A DNA stretch of 64,000 nt from the NCBI GenBank assembly GCA_965218085.1, contig CBDCKF010000001.1, positions 1,166,581 to 1,230,580 on the forward strand, written 5' to 3'. The translations under genes were made by a program, and so were the position numbers. Positions within the stretch are counted from its first letter, which is position 1, and each line of letters starts with the position of its first letter. The notes under the pieces are model-generated. The model did no database searches, was not told the origin of the DNA, and saw nothing but the letters and a program-made list of their open reading frames with translations. Of the stretch, positions 29,570 to 39,450 are shown piece after piece. This stretch comes from Terriglobia bacterium. Its GTDB lineage: Bacteria; Acidobacteriota; Terriglobia; 20CM-2-55-15.

Positions 29570-29827
29570 GCTTTGCCTCCACTTGAATGAGTCAGTCATC
29601 GGCCCGTGGATCCGACAGGATATGGGAGTGCGCACAGGTCCGAGTGTCCTGCAGTGGGTCCTATCTTAGTGCATAGCGACTTGTATTGAACGAACTTGAA
29701 AGCCGTTTGGATTGTGTTGTTGGGTCGGTTCGGCTGATCGATTGCCCGTCGTTGTCGTATCGGCATCGTCCATGCTTATCTGTTTCGACAGCTCACTAAC
29801 CGCTATCGATAGCAACTGGAGCACACC

Positions 29828-30664
29828 TTGATTAAACGAGGCATATTCCCGAGCTTAGTGCTTGCGTTGTTGTTGACTGGGTTCGGACCGGTCAGACTGT
29901 CTGGACAGGACGCGGGCCCCGCACCTGGAAGTTGCCAGAGGACGGAAGAAACACGTCATCGTCCCAGTCTGCGAAATTTCTTAGCGGACCTGGGAGGCGA
30001 TTCTGTGGGCCTTTTTTCACGCGACAACATTTTCCCGTCCCTCGTTGGGGCGATCGCCATAGCAGGCACGCGTTCAGTTGACGGACAAGTCCGCAACTAT
30101 TTCGAGAGCGAGGATCGGTTCGGAATCTTCGAAGGAATTTTCGGCGAACAGTTGGGTCGGGGAGCGGTGGTGTTCGGCGCGGTTGGTGGGCTTTGGACCG
30201 TGAGCCATTTCTATGGGAACGATAGGTTTCGACGGTTCAGCCACGACTTGGCTCAAGCGTCGGCGCTCAACGGCCTGATCACTTTTGGTTTCAAACACAG
30301 TGTGGGCCGAACACGGCCCAATGGCAGCAATACCCTGTCTTTCCCATCCGGACACAGTTCGGCGGCTTTCACGGCTGCAACGATCGTGGATCACCATTAC
30401 GGAAGAGTGGCTTCGGTCGCGGCATATGCCACGGCCAGTTTCGTAGCCGCGTCCAGATTGGATTCCAACAAACACTATTTGAGCGACGTAGTCGCTGGGG
30501 CGGCCTTGGGTTACGTTGTTGGGAGAACAGTCGCCCGCCGGCGGGCCGAGAGCCGGAGCATCACCTGGAGCCCGATTGTGTCACCCCGCACACGGAGCGT
30601 GGGTATTGGGCTATCGTGGCAGTTTGGCAATTCGAGCAAAGTTCCTCGTTTAAAAGTGAGATAG
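29828..30664 (+). CDS. PAP2-family phosphatase
   Basis: K...GRTRP, SFPSGH and SR...NKHYLSDV motifs; signal peptide. Confidence 0.9.
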   Translation: MIKRGIFPSLVLALLLTGFGPVRLSGQDAGPAPGSCQRTEETRHRPSLRNFLADLGGDSVGLFSRDNIFPSLVGAIAIAGTRSVDGQVRNYFESEDRFGIFEGIFGEQLGRGAVVFGAVGGLWTVSHFYGNDRFRRFSHDLAQASALNGLITFGFKHSVGRTRPNGSNTLSFPSGHSSAAFTAATIVDHHYGRVASVAAYATASFVAASRLDSNKHYLSDVVAGAALGYVVGRTVARRRAESRSITWSPIVSPRTRSVGIGLSWQFGNSSKVPRLKVR

Positions 30665-30705
30665 GGTAGGTTTCTGGAATTGGCGAGTCGTAGGGGCTTT
30701 CCTGA

Positions 30706-32076
30706 ATGGATTTCGCACTTCCTGTTATAGCTGCGTTTCTGATCGGCATGACCGCTATCGGGCTGTGGCACGCCCGAAGGGTCCGCTCAGCGGAAGACTT
30801 TGCTCTGGGAGGGCGTCGGATTGGGGCGCCCGTTCTGGCGGGAACGCTCATTGCAACGTGGATCGGAACCGGGTCGCTTTTCGGTAATACTGAATTTACC
30901 TATCAGAACGGAGTGGCCGGTTTCTTCCTCCCGCTCTCCGGTGTCGCAGGTATGCTGGTGCTGGCCTACCTCGCACCGCGCGTCCGCGAACTCCCTGCAA
31001 CGAGCGTGCCTCAGATTCTCGGCCTGCGATTCGGCCGCGCGACTCAGGTGTTGGGCGCGGTGGCCCTGATTCTTGCCTACCTCGTGATCGTTTCCTATCA
31101 GTACCGGGCCGGTGCGGCTGTCGCCGAACGGATATTCCCGGGTTTGGATCAGACTGCGTTGCGAATCGCGTTTGCGGCGTTCGTAATCCTCTACACTGCG
31201 CTCGCGGGTCTGACCAGCGTGGCACTGACCGACGTTGTCAACGGTATCGTGTTGAGCATCGGCCTGCTGGTCGGACTGGGACTGGCCTGGAACGGCTGGA
31301 ATCCTCAGCTTCACCCCTTCGATGCCGAAATGTTACGGCCGTGGGCGGGTATCGGCGCGGTCGGATGGATCAGTTTGCTGCTGCCGCCTTTCCTTTTGAT
31401 AATGGGAGACGCCAACATGTATCAACGCTTCATGGCGGCCAACTCTCCTGCCGCAGCCCGCCGTGCTGCATTCGGAGCCTTTGCGGGACTGCTCGTCCTG
31501 GAAAGCACGATCATTGGTGTCGCGCTCCTCGGCCGTGTCATGCTGCCCACCCGGCTCTCGAACGCCGGAGATGTGATCATCGAGATGGCGTTTACGGTGT
31601 TTCCGCCCGTGGTAGGTCTCCTGCTGGCCGCCACTGCCATTGCGGTGATCATTTCTACAGCGGATTCCTACCTTCTGGCATGTTCGACGAGCGCAGCGAT
31701 GGACCTGGTCGGGAAAACAGTCTCCCCAGCCCCCCAGCGCGTTCTGGTGATCGTCTTTGGAGTGTTCGCGCTGCTCCCGGCATTCTTGTGGGAGGAATTC
31801 TTGAGCGTGGCCCTTTACGCCTACACTCTCTACGGAGCAAGCCTCACGCCAGCCGTGCTCGCCGCTCTCCTGCGTCCGGCAACATCCTCGCGTGCCGTAC
31901 TGGGTGGCATGATCGCTGGATTGGGGACTGCTCTGGTCTGGAAACTGCTGCTCGATACGGGAGTGTTCGCAGGGACCTTGGCCGGTGTCGATCCAGTGCT
32001 TCCCGCCCTGGGGGCTAATGTCATGGTGTTGTGGGTACTGGAAGGGATGTCTCCCGACACAGCCGTCAGGCCCTGA
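30706..32076 (+). CDS. Sodium:solute symporter family protein
   Basis: DFALGGR, ATWIGTG, YTALAGL.SVA.TD and ISTADS motifs; many TM helices. Confidence 0.92.
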   Translation: MDFALPVIAAFLIGMTAIGLWHARRVRSAEDFALGGRRIGAPVLAGTLIATWIGTGSLFGNTEFTYQNGVAGFFLPLSGVAGMLVLAYLAPRVRELPATSVPQILGLRFGRATQVLGAVALILAYLVIVSYQYRAGAAVAERIFPGLDQTALRIAFAAFVILYTALAGLTSVALTDVVNGIVLSIGLLVGLGLAWNGWNPQLHPFDAEMLRPWAGIGAVGWISLLLPPFLLIMGDANMYQRFMAANSPAAARRAAFGAFAGLLVLESTIIGVALLGRVMLPTRLSNAGDVIIEMAFTVFPPVVGLLLAATAIAVIISTADSYLLACSTSAAMDLVGKTVSPAPQRVLVIVFGVFALLPAFLWEEFLSVALYAYTLYGASLTPAVLAALLRPATSSRAVLGGMIAGLGTALVWKLLLDTGVFAGTLAGVDPVLPALGANVMVLWVLEGMSPDTAVRP

Positions 32077-32091
32077 GCAAGGGTCCAACGT

Positions 32092-33249
32092 TTAACCGTC
32101 TACTTCCTCTGCGTCACTTCTGTCCTTCGTGCTCTTCGCGGCTTTGCGTTTGGCTTTCTTGTCCTCAATGTTCCGGGCGATTTCGGCGGCGGTTTCGACC
32201 GGATCGCCTAGTGGGAAGAGCTGGACGCTTTCCAACTTACGGTTGAGAAAGCTTGAGACCAGACAGAACTCCTCGTAGTGACGCTCCGGGGAGACCGCTA
32301 TGGGCTCAACAGATCGTTGAGCACGGGTCATCACCGTCAGTGTCTCCTCGATGTTGTCCACCCTGTGTTCTTCGAAGGTGACGATATGTCCTTCAAGAAT
32401 GAGGGCGATTTTTTTCGTCCGGACCGATCCGGATTCCATCACCGCAACAAAGTCAAAACTCCAGAGATCCTGGTAGGGCTCCCGATACTCCTTGCGCGCG
32501 CGCTTGATCCGGTCCAGTTTGCGCCGCAACCGTTCCGCTTCTTCGAAGCGCGTTTCTTCAGAGAGCGTCTCGATTTCGTCGAGCGTGCGGGAGACGGTGT
32601 CCTGTTCCGCTCCTTGTACAAATCGAATGGCATCATCGATATCTTCCAGATAAGCCTTACGTCCGATGTCCGCATTACACGGCTTGGAGCAGGTACGCAT
32701 CTGAAAGTAGAGGCAGTCCGGGTAGGGATCGTTTCCGCGAATGTTGTATTGGCAGGGTCGGATCCTGAAAGTACGTTCGACCATCGCCTTGAATCGCTCC
32801 AGATCACTCTTTCGCAGGAACGGCCCGAAATAGGCGACACCACGCTTGATCTGGCGTGCCGCGTAAAGTCTCGGGAAACGCTGTCGGCGGTTGATCTTGA
32901 GCAGGTAGTAACGGGGAAGAGTGGGCATCGTGTGGTAGGTGTCGGGAAACCAACGCCGCCGTTCGGAATGGAGCACGTACAGCGTCTCCAGCGGGGAGTC
33001 GGTTCGGCAGACTTCGACCCGATCCGTGATATCCCGAAGATCAAGTGTCCATGCTTCGCGGGCCTCGGAATAGAACCGGCCGATCCGTTCCGCCAGGTTG
33101 TGGGTCTTTTCAAGAAGGATGAGTTTTCCTTGAACGTCAAAGATTCGAAATACTCCGGAGCGTCTGGGAACAGAGGGAAGCGCCTCACCCCGGCTACGCA
33201 CTTCCGCGTCAGGGATGGTCTGGAATTCGAAGGTGAGGGGCCCGGTCAT
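32092..33249 (-). CDS. UvrC/Cho-like protein (degenerate GIY-YIG, Cys-rich and UVR domains)
   Basis: YFGPF, C-x12-C-x7-C-x3-C and RFEEAERLR; no RNase H-like or HhH C-terminus. Confidence 0.78.
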   Translation of the reverse strand: MTGPLTFEFQTIPDAEVRSRGEALPSVPRRSGVFRIFDVQGKLILLEKTHNLAERIGRFYSEAREAWTLDLRDITDRVEVCRTDSPLETLYVLHSERRRWFPDTYHTMPTLPRYYLLKINRRQRFPRLYAARQIKRGVAYFGPFLRKSDLERFKAMVERTFRIRPCQYNIRGNDPYPDCLYFQMRTCSKPCNADIGRKAYLEDIDDAIRFVQGAEQDTVSRTLDEIETLSEETRFEEAERLRRKLDRIKRARKEYREPYQDLWSFDFVAVMESGSVRTKKIALILEGHIVTFEEHRVDNIEETLTVMTRAQRSVEPIAVSPERHYEEFCLVSSFLNRKLESVQLFPLGDPVETAAEIARNIEDKKAKRKAAKSTKDRSDAEEVDG

Positions 33250-33322
33250 TGGGCTGATTATAACGGTCCGCTGAGGCTTGGAATGGGACAGTTGCCTCTA
33301 TCCGCAAATTGAGGTTATGGGT

Positions 33323-34647
33323 CAGTAGTGTCCCAACGTTAGTTGAATAGATTCAGTTGTTTGGAGTTCTCCGAGTCTGAATCTTGATAGTCGAGGGCGG
33401 AAAGGGCCTTTAAAAGGGGCGTTTTTTCGAAAACGGTGACGCTGACGATCTGGAGAATTCGGTAGAGACTGGCGTTGACATTGAGCCGTTTTTTCACGAT
33501 GGCAACAAGCAAATAGACCGAGATGGCGGTCCAGATTTGAGTCTTCAGCGCATTGGGGGTTGTGCCGTAGAACGCCTTGATGCGTAGGTGCTGTTTGATC
33601 CACTTGAAGAACAGTTCGACCTGCCAGCGGCAGCGATAGAGTTGGGCAATGGTCGCCGCTGGCAGCGCGAAATTGTTGGTCAGGAAGACGAGGTACTTGT
33701 TGTGCTCTCGATCGAGAAAGCGAATGCGGCGGAGTTTTTCTGGATAGCGCTTGCGAGAGTAAAAGCCGCGTAGGCTGATGATCTGATCGCTGAGGACTCC
33801 GGTGGACTTGTCCACATCGAGTGAATAAAGACGATTGAAGACGAAATTCTTTTTCGCGCGTGTCACGAAGAACGCCGCCGCGACACTGATTTTGTACAGG
33901 CGCCGGAAATCCAGATAACCGCGATCCATGATGTAGAAGGCTCCGGGCTCGAAGGCGAGTTGATCCAGAAGATGGAGGTCGTGAACTTTGCCGTGTGTAA
34001 TCAGGATAAAGGAAGGAATATTGCCGCGCAGATCCAGAACCGTGTGCAGTTTGACAGCTCCCTTGTGCTTGCGGAAGCGTGCCCACGGGAACAGGGAAAG
34101 ACACAGATCGATCGTTGTGGCATCGAGTGCGTAAACCGTCTGCTTGAGGTCGACACCGAAACTGTCGCCAACATAGAGCTCGCGAGCCATGGAGATCAGC
34201 GTCTGGGCGAAGTCGGCATAGATACGCCAATCGCGCACCTGATTCGCATTCGCAAGGGTGTTGCGGGAGACGCGGCTGCGAATGCCCATGTGATAAAGCT
34301 TCGTGCCAGCCGAACGCAGACAGGCTTCGATATCGCGCAGACTCTCCCGGTAGGTCAATTGCGCGAACGCCATGCACAGAAACTGATCCCAGCAGGAAAA
34401 ACGTTGGAGTTTGTAGTTGCCACGGTAGCGATCGACGCATCGACGAAAGTCTTGACGGGGAAGAAAGTCCATCAGCTGAGAGAAGATCGTCTTGCCGGAA
34501 TTCATAGGCCGCCTCCTGCCGCAAAGTCGCGGAAGGATGCCGCCAGTACGCAATCAAATTCAAATCGATTTTGGCTCTCAGCCGATCTAACATGACCATT
34601 CTCAATAACCTGTGGGCGACGCCCATCTAAACGTTGGGACACTACTG
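33323..34647 (-). mobile_element. IS4-family insertion sequence
   Basis: Perfect 18-bp TIR cagtagtgtcccaacgtt; 9-bp direct repeat gttatgggt (33314-22, 34648-56). Confidence 0.95.
33339..34505 (-). CDS. IS4-family transposase
   Basis: FAQLTYRESLRDIE, LDATTIDL, MDRGY and YRCRWQVELFFKWIKQ (YREK) motifs. Confidence 0.96.
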   Translation of the reverse strand: MNSGKTIFSQLMDFLPRQDFRRCVDRYRGNYKLQRFSCWDQFLCMAFAQLTYRESLRDIEACLRSAGTKLYHMGIRSRVSRNTLANANQVRDWRIYADFAQTLISMARELYVGDSFGVDLKQTVYALDATTIDLCLSLFPWARFRKHKGAVKLHTVLDLRGNIPSFILITHGKVHDLHLLDQLAFEPGAFYIMDRGYLDFRRLYKISVAAAFFVTRAKKNFVFNRLYSLDVDKSTGVLSDQIISLRGFYSRKRYPEKLRRIRFLDREHNKYLVFLTNNFALPAATIAQLYRCRWQVELFFKWIKQHLRIKAFYGTTPNALKTQIWTAISVYLLVAIVKKRLNVNASLYRILQIVSVTVFEKTPLLKALSALDYQDSDSENSKQLNLFN

Positions 34648-34655
34648 GTTATGGG

Positions 34656-34952
34656 TAACGCCTCAGTTTGAAAACGCAGGTGATTGCCGACTTGATCCAA
34701 TCATTTTCTTCAACTGACGCCTCGGCTCCGCGTCTTTGTCTTGAAAGCTGTCCATCCGCACCGGGAGACCGGTGCGAATCCTTCAGTACCGCTTAAACAG
34801 TTCCGTATGTCCATAGGCCTCGCCATCAGGATGATGGTGAGGGTCGCCGGTCGTTCAGACCACGCGGGGAACGCGACAGAGATGGTCATCTGAATGAACG
34901 ACCGAGCGAAATCCCTTTTTCGGTGGAGACTGAAGATCAAACTGAGGCACTA
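34656..34952. mobile_element. MITE family A, copy 4
   Basis: TIR taacgcctcagtttga / tcaaactgaggcacta; family A core. Confidence 0.8.
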
Positions 34953-34956
34953 TCGT

Positions 34957-35871
34957 CTAATCGGCGTCGAAAGCGTTCCAGTGTACCTGTAACGATGCCG
35001 CCGTGTGCTCGCGCGCGTAGTCCCATCCGTGACGTCCCGGGTAGAGGTGGAACTCGTGGTCGATACCTCGCGCATCGAGAATATCGTGAAGCTGCTGGGC
35101 CCCGGCATAGAACCCGTATTGGTCTTCGGTGCCGCAGTCGAAGTAAATCTTCATGCCGTCGAGGTCAACCACGCGGGCGATGCCCAGCGGATTGTTCTCG
35201 TCCCAAGCCGACATGCTCTCCGACACACCGAATATTTCGTCAAAGAGGGAGAGATATAGCTGACGTAAATCCGGGCGGACTATCGTGCTTTCCAAATCAT
35301 CGAGCAGCATCGCGCTATGCGCGCTGACCGAGCCAAACAGATCGGGATTCTTCATGGCAAGTTTCAAAGCCCCATAGCCACCCATGGACACACCGCTGAT
35401 CGCGCGCCCTTCTCGCGTTCCAAGTGTGCGGTTGTCTGATTCGATCAGCGGGATGAACTCTTCGGTAACCATGTCTTCCCATCGTTCGCCCGAAACGGAG
35501 TTGGTGTAGAAGCTGTTTTCTCCGAAAGGGATGGCGACAATGAACTCTCCGATCTCACCATCCACGATCATTTGGTCAAGCATCAGGTCGGTGCGCCCGC
35601 GGGTGCTCCATCGTTTCTCGTTCTCGTTCGCTCCGTGGAGGAAGAACACGACGGGGTAGTCCTGGCCACTTTCTTCGTAGGACGGCGGTAAATAGAGTCC
35701 GTAGGGTATTTCGCGAGCAAGGATGGCGCTCGGGAACGTCTTGTACTGGACTCGGGATCCCTCGGGGATGATGTCCCGATCCGAGCGCTGGCGGAAAGCT
35801 GGACGTTGGCCGTCGAGGGCGGGAACACACAGGAGAACAAGAGCCAACGTAAGGAGATGGCGCCGGCGCAT
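34957..35871 (-). CDS. Secreted alpha/beta hydrolase (putative esterase)
   Basis: YLPPSY, FLHG, GVSMGG nucleophile elbow, GRHGW; signal peptide. Confidence 0.9.
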   Translation of the reverse strand: MRRRHLLTLALVLLCVPALDGQRPAFRQRSDRDIIPEGSRVQYKTFPSAILAREIPYGLYLPPSYEESGQDYPVVFFLHGANENEKRWSTRGRTDLMLDQMIVDGEIGEFIVAIPFGENSFYTNSVSGERWEDMVTEEFIPLIESDNRTLGTREGRAISGVSMGGYGALKLAMKNPDLFGSVSAHSAMLLDDLESTIVRPDLRQLYLSLFDEIFGVSESMSAWDENNPLGIARVVDLDGMKIYFDCGTEDQYGFYAGAQQLHDILDARGIDHEFHLYPGRHGWDYAREHTAASLQVHWNAFDAD

Positions 35872-35875
35872 GGGT

Positions 35876-36259
35876 TTATTCCTCTTTCTGTGCTGTGACT
35901 GCCTCTTCGGTTTCAGATTCCGACTCGACGCTATCGTCGAAATGGCGGATGAGAAGTGCTTCAGAAGCCTTATCTGTTAAATCCACAATCGCGGCCGCGT
36001 TGACCCCCATCGTGATCGCGATCGTCTCGCTCAGTTCTTCGCGGGTCGCCCCGTACTTGAGCGCCTTCTTGATATGCCCTTCGAGGCAACCATCGCAATG
36101 AGTCGCGAGAGATGCGGCGATCGCGATCAGTTCCTTGGTCTTTCGATCCAACACCGAACTCTTGTAGGTCTCCTGGTAGAAGCGGAAATAAATTTTCCGC
36201 ATCTTGGGCTCGACCATGGTGTAGGACGGCCATTTTTCTTTACCGGTATCACTGCCCAT
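35876..36259 (-). CDS. AhpD/carboxymuconolactone decarboxylase family protein
   Basis: LDRKTKELIAIAAS..THCDGCLEGH...GATREE (CxxC). Confidence 0.9.
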   Translation of the reverse strand: MGSDTGKEKWPSYTMVEPKMRKIYFRFYQETYKSSVLDRKTKELIAIAASLATHCDGCLEGHIKKALKYGATREELSETIAITMGVNAAAIVDLTDKASEALLIRHFDDSVESESETEEAVTAQKEE

Positions 36260-36323
36260 AAAGGCGTTGCTCCATCAGTGTTTACTTCCTCTAGAGAAAT
36301 ATTCGTGTAAAAGAGAATACGGG

Positions 36324-38327
36324 TTACGCGGCGATGCCGTCAAGGATCAGGCGTACAGTCTCGGTCAGTTCGCTCAAGGGGAAAGGCTTGGGGAGAAGTC
36401 CGTCAATTCCAAGAGTTTTGATGGCTGCGAGTCGTTCGGGAGCAGCATAACCGGTCGCCACCAGCACTTTGGCGTGGGGATAGTGGTGGCGAATCGACTT
36501 CAACGCAGTCGGGCCATCCATTACCGGCATGATCATATCGAGGATGACCAGATCGACGTCTGCGTTCATCCGGTCGAGGGCCTGGGCCCCGTTAGAAGCA
36601 TTGAGAACCCGGTATCCAAGATGTGACAGGGAGATTTCCATCAGTTCAAGCAAGTGCGGTTCATCATCCACGACAAGGATCGTCTCCCTGCCTTCAGATA
36701 TTTCCAATTCGACGACCTTGGATGTTTTGACCGCTTTATGCGCTATGGGGAACCAGAGACGGAACTCCGTCCCCGTCTCCACGCCGGTCTCTACGTCAGT
36801 CTGCAGTGTGGTCTCCACATCAATAGTCGCGCCGTGGCGTTTGACGGTAGCGTAGGCCATGCTGAGACCGAGACCCGTGCCCCGCCCGCGTTCCTTTGTT
36901 GTGAAAAACGGGTCGAATATTTTGTCCAGAACAGCCTCTTCGATGCCCGGCCCTGTGTCACGCACACTGAGTTGAACACCCTGGTTGTCCGCTCGAGTCT
37001 GGATCGTAATCGAACCTTCTCCCTCCATGGCATCGCGGGCATTGACGGCGAAATTGATCAACATCTGGATGAGTTCGCCTTCGTCGCCTTCGATCGTTGG
37101 CAGCGTTTCGGCAAGATCGAGTTGGATGCGAACCGTGCGCGCGAGTGTTTCTTTGAGTAATTGCTCTGCGGACCGTACCACGTCGTTCAGGATCAGGGGT
37201 GCAACCGACGGTGGTTCGTCTCGTGCCATTGCCAGAAGCTGCCCGGTCAGTTGTGCGCCACGCTTGGATGCGTCCACGATCGCCTCGAGGCGTCGACCCC
37301 GTTTGTCCGGCGCATCTCTCGACTGGATCAGCTCCGCGGTAGGCAATATGATTCCCAGTATGTTGTTGAAGTCGTGCGCTATGCCACTGGCAAGGGTTCC
37401 GATGGATTCCATCTTTTGGGTGCGGGCCAGTTGGTGCGAGAGTTTTTTCTGTTCGGTGATATCTCGAACGATCACTGAGACCCGGACTGAATCTGCGACG
37501 GCGCTCACCAGCCCTACGAGGGTTTCGCCGTTGGCGGATCGAAACTCTGCTTCGAAATCCTGAAGAGAACCCTCTCTTCGGACACGCGTTTCGAACAATT
37601 CAGCAGTTTCAGGATTTACAAACAGTTCCTTGAGGTTTGTCCACAACTCCGCTTGAGAACACAGAGTACCTGCTGCCTGATTAGAATCGATTATGCGGAG
37701 GTCCCGCGTGCAGATGAAGACACCATCCTGCATCCGCTCGACGAAAGTTCTGTACTTCGCTTCCGATGCTTTCAGATCTTCATAGAGTTCGATATTGGAG
37801 AGAGCACTGGAGAGTTGGGGGGCGACCATCATCAAGGTGCGTTCGCTGGCCGGAGAAATCGACGACGGTTCCTCGTCGGCCAGGATCAATAGCGCCTGGC
37901 ACGTGTCCCGGGCGAGGAGGGGAACGAAAAGCCATGACCTGAGTGCGGGAGGGAAGGGCCACAGACTGTTGTCCAGATTTACGGCGCCCAGATCCGGAAG
38001 CGCGACCGGTCCGGTCTTGGCTGTCAAGCTGCCGGGTATCACGGAGAGCTTGAACGAGGCCGGGAAGCGTGCATCACCGAAGAGTGTCGAGGCGGCTTGT
38101 AGTTCGTACCGTTCTTCCAGGCTTTGACGGTACAGGAGTGCATGTTTCGACAGTGTGGCTTCAGCGATGACTTCCACCAGCTCCTCGGAGAGCTCGCGTG
38201 TCGAAGTGTGACGGCTGACAGCTTCACCCACGCGGCTGACGAAAGAAAGCTCATCGATCTTCGAACGAAAAGCCGCATCGGCCTTCTCGAGCGCGGCGCT
38301 CAATTGCGTAACAGGATCATCATGCAT
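36324..38327 (-). CDS. Hybrid sensor histidine kinase (GAF-PAS-HisKA-HATPase-REC)
   Basis: [32 protein letters not shown]; receiver ILVVDDE and LDMIMP. Confidence 0.93.
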   Translation of the reverse strand: MHDDPVTQLSAALEKADAAFRSKIDELSFVSRVGEAVSRHTSTRELSEELVEVIAEATLSKHALLYRQSLEERYELQAASTLFGDARFPASFKLSVIPGSLTAKTGPVALPDLGAVNLDNSLWPFPPALRSWLFVPLLARDTCQALLILADEEPSSISPASERTLMMVAPQLSSALSNIELYEDLKASEAKYRTFVERMQDGVFICTRDLRIIDSNQAAGTLCSQAELWTNLKELFVNPETAELFETRVRREGSLQDFEAEFRSANGETLVGLVSAVADSVRVSVIVRDITEQKKLSHQLARTQKMESIGTLASGIAHDFNNILGIILPTAELIQSRDAPDKRGRRLEAIVDASKRGAQLTGQLLAMARDEPPSVAPLILNDVVRSAEQLLKETLARTVRIQLDLAETLPTIEGDEGELIQMLINFAVNARDAMEGEGSITIQTRADNQGVQLSVRDTGPGIEEAVLDKIFDPFFTTKERGRGTGLGLSMAYATVKRHGATIDVETTLQTDVETGVETGTEFRLWFPIAHKAVKTSKVVELEISEGRETILVVDDEPHLLELMEISLSHLGYRVLNASNGAQALDRMNADVDLVILDMIMPVMDGPTALKSIRHHYPHAKVLVATGYAAPERLAAIKTLGIDGLLPKPFPLSELTETVRLILDGIAA

Positions 38328-38335
38328 GCGCTTAC

Positions 38336-39157
38336 CTAAAGCACCTTGAAGAAGTTATCGATATCTTCCGCTTTCGTCCGGAGGTGTTCGGCGACCTCGT
38401 TCCAATCCCCCCAATCCCCGATGTCGCTTTCCATACACTCCCCCTCCAGTCCCATTTCGCTTGACGCCGCGATTCGGTCGCTTACCTGTACGATATCGGC
38501 CAGGGTTTCGGTGCCGAGCGCCTCAACAGAATCTCGGTGATGATCTTCGACCGCGGCCACGAAGGACTCGGGCAGTTGCCAGCGTTCGGCAAGCCAGACG
38601 CCGGCCTGAAGATGGTCGATGCCCAGCATGGTGCGTTCGACCGCATCGCGCGCACCGCCTTCCTGGCTCAAGCTCTCCTGCACTCTTTCGTATTCTTTCG
38701 GGAATCCGGTGTCGAGGACGAGCACTCCAATGTCATGCAGAAGGCCGGCGCAAAAGGCTTCATCGGGAGATGTGGTCCCGGACCTCTCGGCGAGAAACGA
38801 TGAGGCGTAGGCGACGGCCATGGAGTGCCTCCAGAAATTGGCCCGCTTGTCGCCACTCGATTTCCATCGATCGAGAGCGAACGCACACAGCGACAACTGC
38901 TTCAGCATCGTGGACCCTATGATGGATACAGCGTGACTGAGAGTGCGGACCTCGGCCCGATGTCCGTAGTATGCGGAGTTGGCCAGACCCAAGACCTTCG
39001 CTGTCAGGCTTTGGTCACGGGACACAGTGCTCGCGAGTGTCTGATGGCTGCTCCGCTCGTCTTCTGCCGCCAGAAGAATCTTGCGAGCAACCACCGGTAG
39101 CGTGGGCAGATCACGAAGCGCATAGATACGCCTCTTGAAGTCAATGGCCGTCGACAT
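38336..39157 (-). CDS. HDOD domain protein
   Basis: LPTLP, D..L.AKVL.LANSAYY, FWRHS, AGLLHDIG, DH...G..LAERW.LP. Confidence 0.93.
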   Translation of the reverse strand: MSTAIDFKRRIYALRDLPTLPVVARKILLAAEDERSSHQTLASTVSRDQSLTAKVLGLANSAYYGHRAEVRTLSHAVSIIGSTMLKQLSLCAFALDRWKSSGDKRANFWRHSMAVAYASSFLAERSGTTSPDEAFCAGLLHDIGVLVLDTGFPKEYERVQESLSQEGGARDAVERTMLGIDHLQAGVWLAERWQLPESFVAAVEDHHRDSVEALGTETLADIVQVSDRIAASSEMGLEGECMESDIGDWGDWNEVAEHLRTKAEDIDNFFKVL

Positions 39158-39199
39158 ACTATTCCCCCGACACACTATTCCCCCGACACACTATTCCCC
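39152..39199. repeat. 3 x 16-bp tandem repeat spanning the HDOD RBS and start codon
   Basis: cgaca(t/c)actattcccc repeated three times. Confidence 0.92.
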
Positions 39200-39450
39200 A
39201 ATCCTGGAATCGACGATTCGGACTCTAAACTTTAGGAATTTCTCCAGATGGAGACCTGCACCAATAGGCGGATCAAATCGGCCGTAACAGGTTGATTCGC
39301 AGGGGTCTGACTCCTTTGGCCCTGTTGACAGTCTCTCAGTTGGTTGAGTAATATGCCGGGTCATGCTTGACGAAGGATTCCTTCCGGGACCCCTGTTAGT
39401 CATTAGTGTTAAGGTTAATAAGTGAAGGTACTGAGCCGGTAAACAGGACC

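Noticed and set aside
33323-33340. IS4 TIR (cagTAGTGTCC) as the parent of family A ends
   Set aside because: Similarity is only ~8 nt, and IS4 makes a 9-bp duplication whereas family A is TA-flanked.
32278-34626. 344-aa antisense ORF over the UvrC-like gene and 434-aa alternative frame over the IS4 transposase
   Set aside because: They fully overlap well-supported genes and have non-protein-like composition.
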